The position numbers and the translations under genes were made by a program. This document shows, in pieces, positions 58,134 to 64,000 of a stretch of 64,000 nt of DNA. A model generated the notes under the pieces. That model was not told where the DNA came from. It saw only the letters and a list, made by a program, of their open reading frames with translations, and did no database searches. The DNA comes from the human T2T-CHM13v2.0 reference genome, Homo sapiens, in NCBI RefSeq assembly GCF_009914755.1, contig NC_060936.1. One strand, given 5' to 3'. The number at the start of each line of letters is the position of its first letter. The first letter of the stretch is position 1.

Positions 58134-60384
58134 TGCCAGTTCCACATTTCAATTCAGCAACTTGCATTACATTTTCTTTCTATTCCTGTCTCAATTATCT
58201 GGGAAAGCCTTTTAAACAAACCAGTCATCCTCCCCATCTTTCTTTTTCATTACAGGCCGTGGAAGATGTTTTCTAGAAAGGAAGTTTAGAGAGAGAAGCT
58301 AGGCTGTGTGTCTAAGTAGTCCGTGTGGAAACTTGAGCCCTTATGTTTTTCTTCCGAAGATGGAGTTAGATAATGGGATAAGTGGACCACAGTTCCCTTG
58401 TGAAGGCTTCAGTGTAACTTCACTTGTCTATTTGAGCGATTATAATCCACTGATTTATTTGAGTGATTTAAATAGAAGTAAAATTTTATTCATTCCAAAT
58501 ACATATATGGGTATCTTGGGTTATAGGTATCTTTGTATCTTTGTATGTCTGATATCATCTGTTGGTATAAGGTGGGTTTTCTTTCGTAGTTTTTTAAAAA
58601 ATTTCTGGGTACATAGTAAATATACTTATGGGGTACATGATACTTTAATACAGGCACACAATAAGTGATAATCACATAGTGTAAAATGGGGTATTCATCC
58701 CCTCAAGTATTTATCCTTTGTGTTACAATCAATCCAATTATATTCTTTTAGTTATTTTCAAATGTACAATTAAATTTTTATTGACAATAGTCACCCTGTT
58801 GTGCCATCAAATACTAGGTCTTATTCACTCTTTTTAAACTACTTTTCATTCCCGCTAACCATCCCCACTTCCCCACTACCATCCCCACTACCCTTCCCAG
58901 CCTCTGGTAACCATCCTTCTAAACTCTATCACTATGAGTTAATTGTTTTGATTTTTAGCATGCACAAGTAAGTTAGAACATGTGAAGTCTGTCTTTCTGT
59001 GCCTGACTAATTTCATTATTAACATAATGACCTCCATTTCCATCCATGTTGTTGCAAAAAACTGAAACTCATTCTTTTTTATGGCTGAATAGTATTCCAT
59101 TGGGTGTATGTGCCACATTTTCTTTATCCAATCATCTACTGGTGGATATTAAAGTTGGTTCCAAATCTTTGCTATTTGGAAGTGCTACAATAAACACAGG
59201 AGTGCAGATATCTCTTCAATATACCGATTTCCTTTATTTTGAGTATATATCCAGCAGTGGAATTGCTGGGTCATACGGTAGCTCTATTTTTCATTTTTTG
59301 AGGAAACTCCAAACTGTTCTTTATAGGGATCGTTCTAATTTACATTCCCACTAACAGTGTATGAGGGTTCCCTTTTCTCCACATCCTCTCTAGCATTTGT
59401 TATTGCCTGTCTTTTGGATAAAAGCCATTTTAACTGGGGTGAAATTACGTCTCATTGTAGTTTTGATTTGTATTTATCTGATGATCAATGATGTTGAGCA
59501 CATTTTCATATGCCTGTTTGCCACTTGTATGTTTTCTTTTGAGAAATGTCTATTCAAATATTTTGCCCATTTTAAAATTGGATTATTAGATTTTTTTCCC
59601 ATAGAGTTGTTTGAGCTCCTTATATATTCTGGCTATTGAGCCTTTGTCAGATGGGTAGTTTGCAAACATTTTCTCCCATTCTGTTTGCTATCTCTTCACT
59701 TTGTTGATAGTTTTCTTTGCTATATGGAAACTTTTTAACTTGACATTATCCCATTTGTCCATTTTTCCTTTGGTTGCCTGTGCTCCTGTGGTGTTACTCA
59801 ACAAATCCTTAACTAGACAAATGCCCTGGAGAATTTCCCCAATGTTTTCTTGTAGTACTTTCATAGATTGAGGTATTAGATTTAATTCTTTGATCCATGT
59901 TGATTTGATTTTTCTATATAGCAAGATATAGGGATCCAGTTTCATTCTTCTGCATATGGATATCCAGTTTTCCCAGCACCATTTATTAAAGAGAGTGTAC
60001 TTTCTCCAGTATATGGTCTTGCCACCTTTGTCAAAAATGGGTTCACTATAGCGTATGGATTTGTTTCTGGGCTCTCTATTCTGTTCCATTGATCTACATG
60101 TCTGTTTTTATGCTAGTACCATACTGTATTGTTTACTATCGTTTTGTAGTATAACTTGAAGTCAAGTAATGTGATTCTTCCAGTTTTGCTCTTTTTGCTC
60201 AGGATAGCTTCATCTACTCTGGGTCTTTTGTGGTTCCGTATAAATTCTGGGATTATTTTTCTATTTCTGTGAAGGAGGTCATTGATATTTTGATAGGAAT
60301 AGCATTGGATCTGTAGATTGCTTTGAGTAGTATGGACATTTTAACAATATCGAATCTTCCAATCCATTAACATGAAATATCTTT

Positions 60385-60388
<4 letters not shown>

Positions 60389-60419
<31 letters not shown>
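60389..60419. repeat. (TG)~15 microsatellite
   Basis: Directly visible. Confidence 0.95.
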
Positions 60420-60421
<2 letters not shown>

Positions 60422-61193
60422 GCTTCAATTTCTTTCATCAGTGTTTTACAGTATTCACTACAGAGATCTTTCACTTCTTGGGTTAACTCCTAGGTATTTA
60501 ATTTTATCTGTGGCTATTGTAAATGGGATTACTTTTTAAATTTATTTTTCAGATTATTAACTGTTGGCATATATAAAAATACTATGGATTTTTGTATGTT
60601 GATTTTGTATCCTGCAACTTTACTGAATTTAACAGTTCTAATAGTTTTTTGATGGGGTCTTTAGGTTTTTCCAAGTATAACATCATATCATCTGCAAACA
60701 AGGATAATTTGACTTCTTCATTTCCAATCTGATGCCCTTTATTTCTTCCACTTATTTGATTGCTATACCTAGGACTTTCAGAATTATGTTGAATGACAGA
60801 GGTGGAAGTGGTCATCCTTGTCATGTTCCAGATCTTAGAGGAAAGGCTTTCAGTTGTTCTCCATTCAGTATATTAGCTCTGGGTTTGTCAGGTATGGCTT
60901 TTATTACGTTCACATATGTTTCTCCTATACTGAGGATTTTTATCATGAAGGGATGTTGAATTTTATCAAATGATTTTCAGCATCTGTTGAAATGATCATA
61001 CTATTTTTGACCTTCGTTCTGTTGCTATGATGTATCACATTGATTTGCATATTTTGAACCATCTTGTATCTCTGGGATAAATCCCACTTGGTCATGATGA
61101 ATGATCTTTTTAATGCATTGTTGAATTTTGTTTGCTAGTATCTTGCTGAGGATTTTTGTGTCAATATTCATCAGAGAGATTGGCTGTAGTAGC

Positions 61194-61330
61194 CATCATC
61201 TTCCTCTTCCTCCTCCTCCTCTTCTTCTTCTTCCTCTTCCTCCTCCTCCTGCTCCTCCTCCTCCTCTTCTTCTTCTTCCTCTTCTACTTCATCTTCATCC
61301 TCTTCATCCTCTTCGTCCTTCTTTTCTTTT
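61194..61330. repeat. Compound (CCT/CTT/CAT)n trinucleotide tract inside the L1
   Basis: About 40 in-phase triplets, almost purely pyrimidine on the + strand. Confidence 0.93.
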
Positions 61331-62285
61331 GATGTGTCTTTGTCAGTTTTTTTTTTATCATAGTAATACTGGCCTCATAGAATGAGTGTAGAAATGTTCA
61401 CTCCTCCTCTATTTTTCAGAATAATTTGAGTAGGATTGTATTCATTCTTCTTTAAATGTTTGGTAGAATTCTACAGTAAAGCCACTGGGTCCAGGGCTTT
61501 TCTTTACTGAAGGACTTTTTATTATGGCTTTGATCTCATTATTTGTTATTGGTGTGTTCAAGTTTTGGCTTCCTGGTTCAATCTTGGTAGGTTGCATGTG
61601 TCTAGGAATTTATTCATTTCCTCTAGATGTTCCAATTTGTTGGAATATAGTTGCTCATAGTAGTAATTAATAATCTTTTGAATTTCTCCAGTATCAGGTG
61701 TAATGTCCCCTTTTTATCTCTGATTTTTTTTAATTTGGGTCTTCTCTCTGTTTTTCTTTGTGAGTCTGGCTAAAGGTTTGTGAATTTTATTTATGCTTTC
61801 AAAAAAACAACTTTTCATTTCATTGATTGTATTATTTTCTTCATTTCAAAATCATTTATTATATTTATTTATTATATTTCTGCTCCGATCTTTATTATTT
61901 CTTTTCCTCTACTAACTTTGGGTTTGGTTTGCTCTTGGTTTTCTAGTTCTTTAAGACGCATGATTAGGTTACTCACTCAAAATTTTTCTTCTTTTTTGAT
62001 GTAGGCACTTATAGCTATAAATTTCCCTCTTAGTACTGCTTTTGCTGTATCGTATGGGTTTTGGCATGTTCTGTTTCCGTTATCATTTGTTTTAAGAAAT
62101 TTTTCATTTTTCTCTTTAATTTCATTGTTGATCCACTGGTCATTCAGAAGCATATTGTTTAATTTCCACGTGTTTTTATAGTCCCCAAAATTCTTCTGGT
62201 TGTTGACTTCTAGTTTTATTCCATTGTGGTCAGAGAAGATGCTTTATATTATTTCCATCTTTTTCAATGTTTTAAGACTTGTTTT

Positions 62286-62574
62286 GGCCGGGTGCGGTGG
62301 CTCACACCTGTAATCTCAGCACTTTGGGAGGCCGAGGTGGGTGGATCACGAGGTCAAGAGATTGAGACCATCCTGGCCAACTTGGTGAAACACCGTCTCT
62401 ACTAAAAATACAAAAATTAGCGGGGCGTGGTGGCGGGCGCCTGTAATCGCAGCTACTCAGGAGGCTGAGGCAGAAGAATTGCTGAAATCCGGGAGAAAGA
62501 GGTTGCAGTGAGCCTAGATCACGTCACTGTACTCCAGCCTGGTGAAAGAGTGAGACTCTGTCTCAAAAAAAAAA
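62286..62574 (+). mobile_element. AluSc-like inserted in the L1MA
   Basis: gaggtcaagagattgagaccatcctggccaac; TSD AAGACTTGTTTT. Confidence 0.92.
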
Positions 62575-64000
62575 AAGACTTGTTTTGTTTCCTAACATAT
62601 AGTCTATCTTTGAGAATAATCCATGTGCTGAGGACAAGGATGTGTATTCTGTAGCAGTTGGATGAAATGTTCTGTAAATATCTATTAGTTCCTTTCATTG
62701 TATAGTGCAGGTTAAGTCTGATATTTCTTTGCTGATTTTCTGCCTGGAAATCTGTCCAGTGCTGAAAGTGGGGTGTTGAAGTCTCCAGTTATTATTGTAT
62801 TGGGATCTATCCCTCTCTTTAGCTCTAATAGTATTTGCTTTATATATCTGGGTGCTCCAGTGTTGGGTACACATATGTTTACAATTGATACATCCTCTTG
62901 CTGAATTGACCCCTTTGCCATCATATAATGACCCTCTTTGTCTCTTTTTACAGTTTTTGTCTTGACATCTATTTTGTCTGATATAGTATAAGTACTCTTG
63001 CTCTTCTTTGGTTTCCATTGGCGTGGCATATCTTTTTCCATCCTTTATTTTCAATCTATTTGTGTCTTTATATGTAAAGTGTGTTTCCTGTAAGCATCAG
63101 ATTATTGGGTCCACTTAGCCACTCTGTCTTTTGATTGGAGAGTTTAGTCAATTTATATTCAATGTTATTATTGGTAAGTAAGGACTAACCCTGCCATTTT
63201 GTCATTTATTTTCTAGATGTTTTGTGATCTGCTCTTCCTTCTTTCCTTTCTTCTTGTCTTCCTATTAGTGAAGGTGTTTTTCTCTGCTGGTATGATTTAA
63301 TTTCCTGCTTTTTATTTTTTGTGTATCTGTTCTATGTTCTTTGATTTGAGGTTACCAAGAGGCTTGCAATACTATCTTCTAACCCATTATTTTAGGAGGG
63401 TAGCCATGTTACATGGATTGCGTAAACAAATACATAAACAAACACACAAAAAGAAAACTAACAAGAACTCTACAATTTAACTTCCTCTCCTCAGTTTTTA
63501 ACGTGTTGTTGTTTCTTTTTATGGCTTATTATACTGTCTGTGTCTTGAACAGTTGTTGTAATTACTATTTTCAATTGGTTCATCATTTATCCTTTCTACT
63601 TAAGGGTACTTTATACACTCCTCTGACTGTGTTTTTCAAATAGCCAGTCTTCCAGCTCACTAATTCTTTTTTCTGCTTGATCAATTGTGCTATTAAGAGA
63701 CTCTGCTGCTTTCTTCAGTATGACAATTGCATTTTTCAACTCTAGAATTTCTATTTGATTCTTTTAAATAATTTTAATCCATTTGTTAAAATTATCTGAT
63801 AGGATTCTGAATTTCTTGTCTATGTTATTGTGAATTTCCTTGAGCTTCTTCAACAAAGCTATTTTGAATTTTCCATCTGAAAGGTCACATATCTGTTTCT
63901 GTAGGATTGGTGCCTCGTGCCTTATTCAGTTTGGTGAATTCATGTTTTCTTGGATGGTCTTAAAGCTTGTAGGTGTTCATTGGTGTCTGGACATTGAAGA

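Larger units (their letters stand above)
58585..64000 (-). mobile_element. Long degenerate L1MA (MA1-3-like): 3'UTR, ORF2 and onward to the window end
   Basis: Fragmented ORF2 peptides (EEVKLSLFADDMMLYLEKP for RT, IITGDFNTPLS for [12 protein letters not shown]) and L1MA-type 3'UTR; many frameshifts. Confidence 0.93.

Noticed and set aside
61128-61385. Pro/Leu-rich 85-aa ORF
   Set aside because: Translation of the (CCT/CTT)n tract inside an antisense L1; non-ATG start.
58585-64000. Potentially active L1 or reverse transcriptase gene
   Set aside because: ORF2 is broken into many short frames and interrupted by an Alu and microsatellites.

Overview
Primate, most likely human, genomic DNA covering the 5' end of PPM1H (PP2C-family Rab phosphatase) on the minus strand. 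Coding exon 1 (45528-45284, 245 nt, GA|GTGAGT donor) lies in a CpG island. Positions 1-45283 are intron 1 with no further exon recognisable, and about 46-64 kb is upstream intergenic DNA. Most of the rest is interspersed repeat (about 20 Alus or Alu monomers, several L1s, L2/MIR, MaLR and ERV1 solo LTRs, hAT MERs) plus a Y3 RNA retrocopy. Nearly all other ORF-track entries are repeat-derived or random. I see no clearly novel gene system. The best leads are regulatory or structural: (1) two uORFs in the PPM1H leader, one ending 1 nt before the main ATG, which could shift initiation past the N-terminal membrane-targeting helix; (2) MiT/TFE-type E-boxes in the promoter and an inverted GASE (ACGTGGC) pair in intron 1; (3) an inverted CCAAT-box pair in intron 1; (4) two inverted MER39-like LTRs 10 bp apart nested in a third LTR, with a local copy of one LTR interior; (5) a twin-primed L1 and several palindromes. 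Repeat subfamily calls come from memory of consensus sequences, and boundaries of old repeats are approximate.
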